Of a stretch of 64,000 nt of DNA, positions 49,550-62,509 are shown one piece after another; position 1 is the first letter of the stretch, and every line of letters starts with the position of its first letter. Below the pieces are notes generated by a model that saw nothing but the letters and a program-made list of their open reading frames with translations, was not told the DNA's origin and searched no databases. Position numbers and translations under genes: made by a program. This DNA comes from Macrostomum lignano (taxonomy: Eukaryota): positions 1-64,000 of the forward strand of contig NIVC01000848.1 in assembly GCA_002269645.1 (NCBI GenBank), in the 5' to 3' direction.

Positions 49550-51355
49550 CCATCTCCCTTATCTATTCCCTCTCTGATCTCTCCCATCTCCCATCTCCAT
49601 TATCTATTCCCTCTCTAATCTCTCCCCTAGTCCATTATCCTCTAATCTCTCCCCTCGTCCATTATCCTCTGATCTCTCCCCTCGTTTATTATCCTCTGAT
49701 CTCCCCCCTCCCACTATCGACCTCTCCCCTCTCCCAATCCACCTCTCCCCTCTCCCACTATCCACCTCTCCCCTCTCCCACTATCCACCTCTCCCTTTCC
49801 CACTATCCACCTCTCTCCCTCTCTCACTATCCACCTCTCCCCTCTCCCACAATCCACCTCTCCCCTCTCTCACTATCCACCTCTCTCCCTCTCCCACTAT
49901 CCACCTCCCCCTCTCCCATTATCCATCTCCCCCTCTCCCACTATCCATCTCTCCCTCTCCCATTATCCACCTCCCCCTCTCCCACTATCCACCTCTCCCT
50001 CTCCCACTATCCATCTCTCCCTCTCCCACTATCCACCTCTCCCTCTCCCACTATCCACCTCCCCCTCTCCCATTATCCACCTCCCCCTCTCCCACTATCC
50101 ATCTCTCCCTCTCCCATTATCCACCTCCCCCTCTCCCACTATCTACCTCTCCCTCTCCCACTATCCACCTCCCCCTCTCCCACTATCCACCTCTCCCTCT
50201 CCCACTATCCACCTCCCCCTCTCCCATTATCCACCTCTCCCTCTCCCACTATCCACCTCTCCCTCTCCCACTATCCACCTCCCCCTCTCCCACTATCCAC
50301 CTCCCCCTCTCCCACTATCCACCTCTCCCTCTCCCACTATCCACCTCTCCCTCTCCCACTATCCACCTCCCCCTCTCCCACTATCCACCTCCCCCTCTCC
50401 CACTATCCATCTCTCCCTCTCCCACTATCCACCTCCCCCTCTCCCATTATCCATCTCCCCTCTCCCATTATCCACCTCCCCCTCTCCCACTATCCATCTC
50501 CCCCTCTCCCATTATCCACCTCCCCCTCTCCCACTATCCACCTCTCCCTCTCCCACTATCCACCTCCCCCTCTCCCACTATCCACCTCCCCCTCTCCCAC
50601 TATCCATCTCTCCCTCTCCCACTATCCACCTCCCCCTCTCCCATTATCCATCTCCCCTCTCCCACTATCCATCTCCCCCTCTCCCACTATCCACCTCTCC
50701 CTCTCCCACGATCCACCTCTCCCTCTCCCACTATCCACCTCCCCCTCTCCCACTATCCACCTCCCCCTCTCCCACTATCCACCTCCCCCTCTCCCACTAT
50801 CCATCTCTCCCTCTCCCACTATCCACCTCCCCCTCTCCCATTATCCATCTCCCCTCTCCCATTATCCACCTCCCCCTCTCCCACTATCCATCTCTCCCTC
50901 TCCCACTATCCACCTCCCTCTCTCCCACTATCCACCTCCCCCTCTCCCATTATCCATCTCCCCTCTCCCATTATCCACCTCCCCCTCTCCCACTATCCAT
51001 CTCTCCCTCTCCCACTATCCACCTCCCCCTCTCCCACTATCCACCTCCCCCTCTCCCACTATCCACCTCCTTCTCTGCCACTATCCACCTCTCCCTCTCC
51101 CACTATCCACCTCTCCCTCTCCCACTATCCACCTCCCCCTCTCCCACTATCCATCTCTCCCTCTCCCACGATCCACCTCCCCCTCTGCCACTATCCACCT
51201 CTCCCTCTCCCACTATCCATCTCTCCCTCTCCCACTATCCACCTCCCCCTCTGCCACTATCCACCTCTCCCTCTCCCACTATCCACCTCCCCCTCTCCCA
51301 CTATCCACCTCCCCCTCTCCCACTATCCACCTCCCCCTCTCCCACTATCCATCTC
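49550..51355. repeat. 22 bp pyrimidine-rich minisatellite CTCCCACTATCCACCTCCCCCT upstream of HMX
   Basis: Period 22 (50341 to 50363), about 80 copies. Confidence 0.95.
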
Positions 51356-51924
51356 TCTCTAAGCTCAATCCCTAGCCCCAAGCCAGCCTACCTTTTCTCT
51401 CTCCCTGTCACAGCCATACTCAGAGCATTTCCAATAACCCCGAAAGCGCTTCATAATTGAATTAGCTCACCTATAAGCCAGGTGCCTGTCGTGCCATAGC
51501 AAAAATTAACAAATTGTCAATTTGTAGCACAAGGTGATAAATTGGTGCCAATTAGCGACCCAACCAAAACTCTTACTAAAAATAGAAAACTCGTGGCATA
51601 ATGAATTCTCACAATTAGGTGAGAATTTGTTGTGTTGAAATTGTTTTTTTTAAAAGCTTGAACAGAACAGGACTGGCTATGAAAATAGCAACAGGTCATT
51701 GTTGTTCACGAGGCCAAGTTGCTAGGTTAAGTTTATCTATTAGCGTAGTGCAAATTCAATTGAAAGCATAGAGATGATTAGGTGCTAGAGAACAATACAA
51801 AAAGCTTTAGTTATGCCTCATTTAGATTTGCTATTCAATGCTCAATGTTTATATAGTTTGGTGCGATACAATGGAAATGTAGGACTATTTGGTTTGGAAT
51901 CTTAATTTTAATGGGGAAGCCTGC

Positions 51925-52220
51925 AGATGGGATCTCAACTTTATTGGGAGAAATCTGCAGATGGGATCTCAAATTTATTGGAAAAAGTCTGCGGATGGGA
52001 TCTCTACTTTATTGGGGAAATCTGCGGATGGGATCTAAAAAATTTATTGGGGGAAGACAGCGGATGGGATTTTAACTACTTGAATTGGGAAGTCAGCGGA
52101 TGGGATTTCAACTACTTGAATTGGGAAGTCAGCGGATGGGATTTCAACTACTTGAATTGGGAAGTCAGCAGATGGGATCTCAACTAAGTCAACTTAAATG
52201 GGGAATTCAGCGGATGGGAT
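51925..52220. repeat. ~34-36 bp repeat CAGCGGATGGGATTTCAACTACTTGAATTGGGAAGT
   Basis: About 8 variable copies. Confidence 0.8.
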
Positions 52221-53234
52221 CATGACTTAATGAAAATAAACAAACAAACAAAAGGCCTACAGAGATGTTTTGCAACAAAGCCAAGCTCAAACACAACTCA
52301 GAGTGGATTGAAAACTGGCTGACAGACAGGCAAAATGGGAGTCTTGTCTGAGGGAGGAGGGGGCTCAACCAAAATCGAACCCCAACCCCACGAAAGTCAA
52401 GCAGACAACTTACTTTAGCACACACATTTCTATAATTTTTACTAAACAAATTCCAAACATCACCATTGTTTTGTTCTCCACAGCCATTTTAATTTGACTG
52501 GCTTCCGTGACTCGCATAAAACAAAAACTGTGTTGGCAAGTATATAATTCTCATTTCCCAGAACCAAATTCCCGCATTTAGAGACAGACAGGACGGCCGC
52601 ACAATGTCCACTGGAGTGGAAGCGAGGGGAACACAAAGTCAGATGGCACCAGTCCTAAGAGAATCTATCTATACTCATGCATAATACAGTCAGTTGAGCC
52701 CGGGTCTGTCAAGGCTGATGTCTGTCTGTCATATGGTTAAGATATACTTCTAGAGGAGCGACTTCAGTTCCGCCCACTTTGCTGCTAAGCGGCTTGGAAA
52801 CAAGAGTTATTCGAGAGAGAGAGAGGTGCGCGCCCAAGTTCCGGGGTTTATAGGGCTGGAGGGGGAGTGAGAGTTTAAGAAACAGAAGGGTTGTTATCTG
52901 GCCTGACCATGCAACAACATGTTATGATAGATAAGAGTCTGATCTGAATGTCGTATGGGACGCGGTGCCCCTACCCTCGACCCATCAGGTTAATGACAAT
53001 GCTGTAACATACACCACTCAGTTTTGCCAAGTTTTGCTTTTAGTAGACAAGGCAGGTATACAAGTATGCGTGTGGTTGAAAGACAATTATATAAGTATGT
53101 CGTTGTCGGCACTGTGACTAATGAGCAGGCACTGTTTGCAGTTTGCAGCCCACAACATGCTGTGCGTACAAGATCGGTGAATCCGTTATGGACCAGGGGA
53201 TACCAGCTCAAAAGTTTATCTTTACCAATCCGAA

Positions 53235-54105
53235 GCTTCACACAGAACCTTGAAGATTCATAGAAACCAAGATCCACACCATCCTAGAAAATTCACACAT
53301 ATATTCAAGATTCACAAAAACCTTGATGATTCACACAAACCTTAGAGATTCACACAAACATTGAAGATTCACACAGCCGTCGAAGATTAAGATAAACCTT
53401 GAGATTCACACAAACATTGAAGATTCATACAGCCGTCGAAGATTAAGATAAACCTTGAGATTCACACAAACCATGAAGATTCACATAAACCTTGAACATT
53501 CACACTAATTCGGAAGCTTCACACAATTCCAAAAGATTTACACAATCCTAGAAGATTCTCACAGACTTAGAAGATTCACACAAACCTTGAAGATTCACAC
53601 GAACCTTGAAGATTGACACAAACCTTGAAGACTGACACAAACCTTGAAGATTCACACGAACCTTGAAGATTGACACAAACCTTGAAGACTGACACAAACC
53701 TTGAAGATTCACACGAACCTTGAAGATTCACACGAACCTTGAAGATTGACACAAACCTTGACGATTCACACAAACTTCGAAGATTTACACAAACCTTGAC
53801 GATTCACACAAACTTTGAAGATTCACACAGACATTTAATATTCACACAGACATTTAATATTCACACAGACATTTAATATTCACACAGACATTTAATATTC
53901 ACACAGACATTTAATATTCACACAGACATTTAATATTCACACAGACATTTAATATTCACACAGACATTTCATATTCACACAAAACTTGAAGATTCACACA
54001 GACCTTGAAGATTCACACGAACCTTGAAGATTCACACGAACTTTGAAGATTAACACAGACCTTGAAGATTCACACAGACCTTGAAGATTCACACAGACCT
54101 TGAAG
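53235..54105. repeat. 19 bp minisatellite GAAGATTCACACAAACCTT with an internal sub-array ACACAGACATTTAATATTC
   Basis: Directly visible. Confidence 0.88.
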
Positions 54106-55014
54106 AATAAGTTCGTAACCGAAATTCAGAGATGCTTCCCAGAAATTCATAACTTTGATTTCAATTCACTGCATGCTTTAAATTCGTTTAAAAACACACA
54201 GAGACTAAAAGTTGCCATCGGGAATCTCCCAAAGCATGCCCCACTTGCTCATTAAAATTAGCAATACCCAAGTCTGTGCACAAACCTGCAATTATAATCA
54301 AACCGAATGCCTCGTAATAACTTATTCAATAATTGATCACTGCTGGTGATAAAGTATAAAGTTCCCCCCGGAGTTAATTCGCACACTTTGCTAGCCGAGT
54401 GGAGCAAATGCCGACAATCAGTCAGGGCGGCAGCTTAGCAACCAAGCAGGTATGCGAAAAGGAAGAAATACCATAGACAAACTTGATTAGCCCGGACCCA
54501 TAGAGGGGGACCATGAATTGGCTCGGGCACGCCCATCGGCTAAAGAGAGAATAACTTACTACAATAAAGCCAATTCTTACAATGTGCAACCGCACGCAAG
54601 CAGGTCTCTGCAACAACAACTACCTGTCAATTTTCGCGAGGCTGAGGGTTGGGCAGCTGCTCGAGGCGAAGCAACCGCGCCGCCATTGTTGAAGCCCTGG
54701 GAGCTTCCGTATGCCATATTGAAAGTTTTTCTAGGCCTCGCGTTTCAACGACACATTGTTTGAAGCTTTCTTGAGTCAGTTTTTATTGGCATAATTACAC
54801 CCTTCTGACTCCGGCTCCGGGCATGGAAACTGAGTCTATTGAAATTCGAATGTGCGAGCTTCATCAAAAGAGCATCCACTTTTTTCAGCAGTTTTATTGA
54901 ATTTTGAATTTGAAAAAGCTGAACTTGCCATATAGGGGTTATAACAAAGATATTTATTGAATCTGCCAAAGAACTGTTTTTTTATAATTGGTGCGTACGA
55001 TCGTAAAGTAGCTC

Positions 55015-55990
55015 AAAGGTGGAATAGAATGGATTGCTAGTCTAACCAACATGAAGGAATAGAATGGATTGCTAATCTAGCCTACATCAATGATGAAGGA
55101 ATAGAATGGATTGCTAGTCTAGCCTACATCAATGATGAAGGAATAGAACGGATTGCTAATCTAGCCTACATCAATGATGAAGGAATAGAATGGATTGCTA
55201 ATCTAGCCTACACCAATGATGAAGGAATAGAATGAATTGCTAGTCTAACCAACATGAAGGAATAGAATGGATTGCTAATCTAGCCTACATCAATGATGAA
55301 GGAATAGAATGGATTGCTAGTCTAGCCTACATCAATGATGAAGGAATAGAATGGATTGCTAATCTAGCCTACACCAATAATGAAGGAATAGAATGGATTG
55401 CTAATCTAGCCTACATCAATGATGAAGGAATAGAATGGATTGCTAATCTAGCCTACACCAATGATGAAGGAATAGAATGGATTGCTAATCTAGCCTACAT
55501 CAACGATGAAGGAACAGAATGGATTGCTAATCTAGCCTACATCAATGATGAAGGAATAGAATGGATTGCTAATCTAGCCTACACCAATGATGAAGGAATA
55601 GAATGGATTGCTAATCTAGCCTACATCAACGATGAAGGAACAGAATGGATTGCTAATCTAGCCTACATCAATGATGAAGGAATAGAATGGATTGCTAATC
55701 TAGCCTACACCAATGATGAAGGAATAGAATGGATTGCTAGTCTAGCCTACATCAGTGAAGGAATAGAATGGATTGCTAGTCTAACTAAGATGAAGGAATA
55801 GAATGGATTGCTAATGTAGCCTACACCAATGATGAAGGAATAGAATGGATTGCTAATCTAGCCTACACCAATGATGAAGGAATAGAATGGATTGCTAGTC
55901 TAGCCTACATCAGTGAAGGAATAGAATGGATTGCTAGTCTAACTAAGATGAAGGAATAGAATGGATTGCTAATGTAGCCTACATCAATAA
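55015..55990. repeat. 42 bp minisatellite GAAGGAATAGAATGGATTGCTAATCTAGCCTACATCAATGAT
   Basis: About 24 copies with occasional shorter units. Confidence 0.93.
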
Positions 55991-57089
55991 GGAAATAGAA
56001 TGAATGCTTATTATGCCTACAGAAAGCTGTTCTGTAATAAATTAAATTTACTCAATCAGACGATGTGCATTTTCGGCTCATCAGAATAAACTCTTTAAAT
56101 CAGACTGCTCGAACTGCCAAGTTCTCACCTTGTTGCTAAGGCACTGAGGCCGATATTATGCCAAACTGCTGCTGAGAAGCAACCGTCAGATAAGAGGCCG
56201 TCTTTCGCCCGCCCTGCCTGCCACAGCCATTTTGCCTGTGTCCGCCACCCCGACACAAAAAAGCTGCTTGATCAGCTTCTCCTTTGCCTTTCTCAGCCAG
56301 CCAGTTCCCAGTTCCCACACCAACAGAGCCACCCCTTGGGGGAGGTGGGCGGAGAGAGCTCTTAATGGACTCGAAACAGAAGGTCTTTTGATGTTGGCAG
56401 GGAGTCATTAGCAGGGCGAATTAGTTGGAAAAACCGATGGCCCAACGAGGCCTCTGAGACAATTTAATTGAAGCAGCGGCAGCAGCAGCCTATAGGCAAT
56501 AAAACTTCTGCTCCAGAAGGCTCGCAGAAATCTCCGACCACTCACTTCAAGTGATTTACCGGGGGGACCCAGCAGGGGCACTGTCACTTCCCATCAGGGC
56601 CGGGGCAGTCTCAGCGGGCCGCCAGAGACCTAAAATCCCCGAGACTAATGGACCCGCCCCGGAGGCCAATTTCGCAGTCATAAATAACCGCTGACAACTG
56701 GGGGCCCCGGCCAAAGCCGAGGCGATCACGGAAAGCAGAAACAGAAGGACGGAGAGATTGCGGCTTGAAGAGTCAGGAGGAGACAACTAAAGAGAAAGTT
56801 GGCTTTTAAAGTAGACTCGCATCTGCCGCGAACAAGTAGATTCAGTCCGATGGTAAAGTTTTTATGAATTGGAGACAGGCAGCAGCAGGAGCGGTTCTCC
56901 ACCCAATCCCAAAAATGCCCCGGCATGCTCATATTTTATTATCTCAACTTCTGTCAACAGTATAAGGCTTCTAGCTAAAACATTTATGACTTCTAGATGG
57001 CCCGCGCTTCATAACTGAGCAGACATGAGCAAGATGCTGCTGACTTCACCCGGATGGGCCAAATTATAAAGTCATGCTACCTAATAAAA

Positions 57090-57378
57090 ACAACAAAAAT
57101 ACCAATTGATTACACCTGACCCAATTGGGCCAGATGTGCAATAGACAGCTCAGCCGCAGCTATTGCGCGGCGCATCTGAAGGCTGCGTACGGCTGTTCAG
57201 TTCAAGGACCGGGGGCCTTCATTCAAGGACACACTGCCTTCATTTCCCCAGCAGAACTGGGCGCAATGCAGAGTTAAGTGTCTTGCTCAAGGACACAAAT
57301 TGTTCCGAGTGGGATCTGGAATCGAACCCCTGACCTTCAAGTCGCTAGTCTGATGCTCTAACCACTAGGCGACAACCC
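57090..57378 (-). mobile_element. tRNA-derived SINE with a CORE-like central domain
   Basis: Minus strand: A box (GCCTAGTGGTTAGAGC), B box (GGTTCGATTCC), then GTGTCCTTGAGCAAGACACTTAACTCT resembling the MIR/CORE motif GTGACCTTGGGCAAGTCACTTAACCTCT; 3' boundary approximate. Confidence 0.72.
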
Positions 57379-58094
57379 ATACTACCTAGCTGCTGCAAAA
57401 AAAACGCATTGCATGCCTACTTAATAAATGTATCAGTAGGATAAAACGCGCACGACTGGAAAAAATGAATTAAAAACCAAGTCGAAAGAAAAAATGAGAC
57501 GCGCAAAGTCTAGAATGACTCAAACTTCTGGAGTATATTATATTGTTTTTAAAATTGTGTAGAATCAGTTTTTTATTTAAATACACGCGAGTGTGTATTA
57601 TATACACAAAAAAGTCTGTACAGGAAAAAACCAATATCGATAGAGAGAGAGAGCAACAGTGTCCCAGCCAACAGTGTGTTAGTACAGTAATATTACACGA
57701 GTATGAATAATAGTACACATTATTAACACATTGCATAGTAACTAAGGATTGTAAGCTCGGTAAAGACAGACGGACATGAATGAGACTTATACGCAAAAAA
57801 GCGTGAGATTGCGAGACAAGCTTGGATTCACCGGCAGTTAGTGTAAAAAATATATGACCAACAAAAAGGTATATAAAACGCTTCGGTTAGCTGCACAGGT
57901 ATATTGAATTGTTAACAAGGGAAAGATATACAGCCAATAAATTTGTTAGGTCCGCTAGGAGCAGCGAATTAACATGATAATTTCAGTTGTCAGGTTGGGA
58001 CTGCTGAAGGGGGGGCTTCTAGTCCAGACACTACCGTAAGTCCAGAGAGTTTTAGCTATCCTTGTCCGAGGTTAAATACGGTGAGGTTTATAGC

Positions 58095-58550
58095 CTAGAT
58101 ATGTCCCATCCCTCAGTCTAGAAATGTCCCATCCCTCAGTCTAGAAATGTCCTATCCCTTAGTCTAGAAATGTCCTATCCCTCAGTCTAGAAATGTCCTA
58201 TCCCTTAGTCTAGAAATGTCCTATCCCTCAGTCTAGAAATGTCCTATCCCTTAGTCTAGAAATGTCCCATCCCTCAGTCTAGAAATGTCCCATCCTTCAG
58301 TCTAGAAATGTCCCATCCCTCAGTCTAGAAATGTCCCATCCCTCAGTCTAGAAATGTCCCATCCCTCAGTCTAGAAATGTCCCATCCCTCAGTCTAGAAA
58401 TGTCCCATCCCTCAGTCTAGAAATGTCCCATCGCTCAGCCTAGATATGTCCCATCCATCAGTCTAGAAATGTCCCATCCCTCAGCCTAGATATGTCCCAT
58501 CCCTCAGTCTAGAGATGTCCCATCTCACAGTCTAGAAATGTCCTATCTCA
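58095..58550. repeat. 23 bp minisatellite TCTAGAAATGTCC(C/T)ATCCCTCAG
   Basis: About 19 copies. Confidence 0.92.
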
Positions 58551-58800
58551 CATTTTCATGTTGTCTTATCTCATCTACCAGCAATTCTGTATAAACGCAT
58601 TTACAAAAGATTCAAGGTAAATAAAAAGCACACAGAGGTAGACTGCACCGAACAAACAAACAAACAAACAAGCAAAAAAGCAGCCCAAAAAGCAACAAAT
58701 TAGGGGCTTTGGCTGACGGCACAAGAGCACAACACAAGTGACTATTGAATTATAAGCTGGACAAAATAGCAGGAATTGACATGAAATGCTGCTGCAGTTC

Positions 58801-59051
58801 TCAGGAATTTCTGTGCAGAGCTCGCAGACAGCGCAACAGATTCTGGCGTCGGCGAGCTCTCTCAACTCGGCTGACCAGTTTGAGCGCTGGGCCGACCCTG
58901 GCGCCCATGCCCAGCACCAGGGTGTCCGCGGTCAGCGATTGAAGCGCCAGGCCGTCGACAGAGTGGCGCTGAAGCAGCGGCGCCAGCTCTGACAGGCGCC
59001 AATAGCGGAGGCCGCGACTGACCTCAGCATTGGACCAGCCGGACATGTCGG
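58801..59051 (-). CDS. Scm: Scm/SCMH1-like Polycomb protein, last exon (SAM/SPM domain)
   Basis: Acceptor TTTCCGCAG|CC, phase 1; WSNAEV...RHSVDGLALQSL...MGARVGPALKL matches the Scm SAM (WTIEEV...KHEIDGKALLLL...MGLKLGPALKI); TGA stop. Confidence 0.85.
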
Positions 59052-59094
59052 CTGCGGAAAGCAACCGGGAGGTTTGGGAATGATGTGGCTTGGA

Positions 59095-59970
59095 AGCTGA
59101 GCTTAATGACCGATTAGAGGGACCCAATGACAATAGGGAAGCCAAGCTTAATGACCGATTAGAGGGACCCAATGACAATAGGGAAGCCAAGCTTAATGAC
59201 CGATGAGAGGGACCCAATGACAATAGAGAAGCCAAGCTTAATGACCGATTAGAGGGACCCGATGACAATAGGGAAGCTGAGCTTAATGACCGATGAGAGG
59301 GACCCAATGACCATAGGGAAGCCAAGCTTAATGACCGATTAGAGGGACCCGATGACAATAGGGAAGCTGAGCTTAATGACCGATTAGAGGGACCCAATGA
59401 CCATAGGGAAGCCAAGCTTAATGACCGATTAGAGGGACCCAATGACCATAGGGAAGCCAAGCTTAATGACCGATAAGAGGGACCCAATGACCATAGGGAA
59501 GCCAAGCTTAATGACCGATTAGAGGGACCCAATGACCATAGGGAAGCCAAGCTTAATGACCGATTAGAGGGACCCAATGACCATAGGGAAGCCAAGCTTA
59601 ATGACCGATTAGAGGGACCCAATGACCATAGGGAAGCCAAGCTTAATGACCGATTAGAGGGACCCAATGACCATAGGGAAGCCAAGCTTAATGACCGATT
59701 AGAGGGACCCAATGACCATAGGGAAGCCAAGCTTAATGACCGATTAGAGGGACCCAATGACCATAGGGAAGCCAAGCTTAATGACCGATTAGAGGGACCC
59801 AATGACAATAGGGAAGCCAAGCTTAATGACCGATGAGAGGGACCCAATGACAATAGGGAAGCCAAGCTTAATGACCGATGAGAAGGACCCAATGACCATA
59901 GGGAAGCCAAGCTTAATGACCGATTAGAGGGACCCAATGACCATAGGGAAGCCAAGCTTAATGACCGATC
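59095..59970. repeat. 45 bp intronic minisatellite GCCAAGCTTAATGACCGATTAGAGGGACCCAATGACCATAGGGAA
   Basis: About 19 copies filling the last Scm intron. Confidence 0.95.
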
Positions 59971-60021
59971 AAAAACACAAAATACGAGTGGTTTGAGAGA
60001 AAAAATAAATACAAAACTCAC

Positions 60022-60684
60022 AATCGGGCTCCGCTGCATCCTCTTCAGACTCAGTTACTAACACCGGTGCGTGCGCGGAAACTGCTACAGATTGATCTGC
60101 CTCATCAACAATAGAAACATCGTCATTGTCGGGATTGGACTGCAGCGCCGGCTGAGGCGGCGGCGGCGGCGGCGGCGGACTGCCAGCGGACGAGGATCTG
60201 TCCGAGAAGGCGGACGGCGACGCCGTGGAGACGCCGGACGCGCCAGACGCCTGTTTGACTTTGTTTCGGTTGGACTGGAATCGACTACTACTACTTGTAC
60301 TAGTAGTATTATTAGTAGTAGTAGTTGGCGAATAGGAGACGGAGGAGCCGGGCGGCTGCACCGGATAGCCGGCGGCTGAGCACCAGCCGACAGGGAAAAT
60401 ATCCCTACTATCGTAGCGGCACCAATAGTCGAACGCGCCGCGCCAACCGTCAAAGGAGACGTGCAACCGGTCCTGCCGGATGTCCCGGACAGTGGCTGGA
60501 CAGACCAGCTGCGGATGCTTCCGATCGACGGCCTCGAGTCGCTGGCCGGGCACGAACGTGTTCCTGGCCGGAGCCGGTGGTGGCCGCTTGAAACAGGCGG
60601 CCGGGGCGAAGTTGCCGGCAGCCTCGATGCGAGCCAGGAAAGCTGGCCAGGTGCTCATGGACTTGGCGTAGCCCAGGGGCGGCA
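60022..60684 (-). CDS. Scm: Scm/SCMH1-like Polycomb protein, exon with MBT repeat 2 and a Ser/Pro-rich linker
   Basis: Acceptor CCCCTCAG|TG, donor GATT|GTGAGT, phases 1/1; FDGWRGAFDYWCRYDSRDIFPVGWC is nearly identical to Scm/SCML2 MBT2. Confidence 0.92.
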
Positions 60685-60745
60685 CTGAGGGGATTGGCGT
60701 GGATGAGAGGCTGTTGGCGATTCCCGTGTAAGCTCAGTTCCTTGT

Positions 60746-60966
60746 CCCGACCGGAAATAATTGTTCTTTAAATGCGTCAAATAGCACATAAAAAATGAAT
60801 TGGGGGGAATCCCAAAATAACTGTCGAAACGACACGAAATTTGTGAGAATCGACAATTGGTGGCACAGCTTGTCTTACAAAGACATTTATAACTCTGTCA
60901 AAGGGCATATTTGTGGCACAACTGGCACACTTACTGTTTTTGAAAGGACAAATATTTTCGGTCGGG
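60746..60966. mobile_element. small MITE candidate in an Scm intron
   Basis: 27 bp imperfect terminal inverted repeat CCCGACCG(G/A)AAATA(A/T)TTGT(T/C)CTTT(A/C)AA (23/27); no convincing TSD. Confidence 0.5.
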
Positions 60967-60972
60967 GTTTCA

Positions 60973-62484
<1,512 letters not shown>

Positions 62485-62509
62485 TTAGAGTCTTTTATAA
62501 TCAGAAGGG

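Noticed and set aside
49456-51375. 639-aa Pro/Ser/Leu ORF (and similar long ORFs at 21.7, 22.7-25.8, 35.5, 42.8, 61 and 62.5-64 kb)
   Set aside because: Translations of stop-free tandem repeats, open in several frames, with no domain content.
52990-53277. Short ORFs on both strands, possibly a TE fragment
   Set aside because: No RT, transposase or other recognisable motif.
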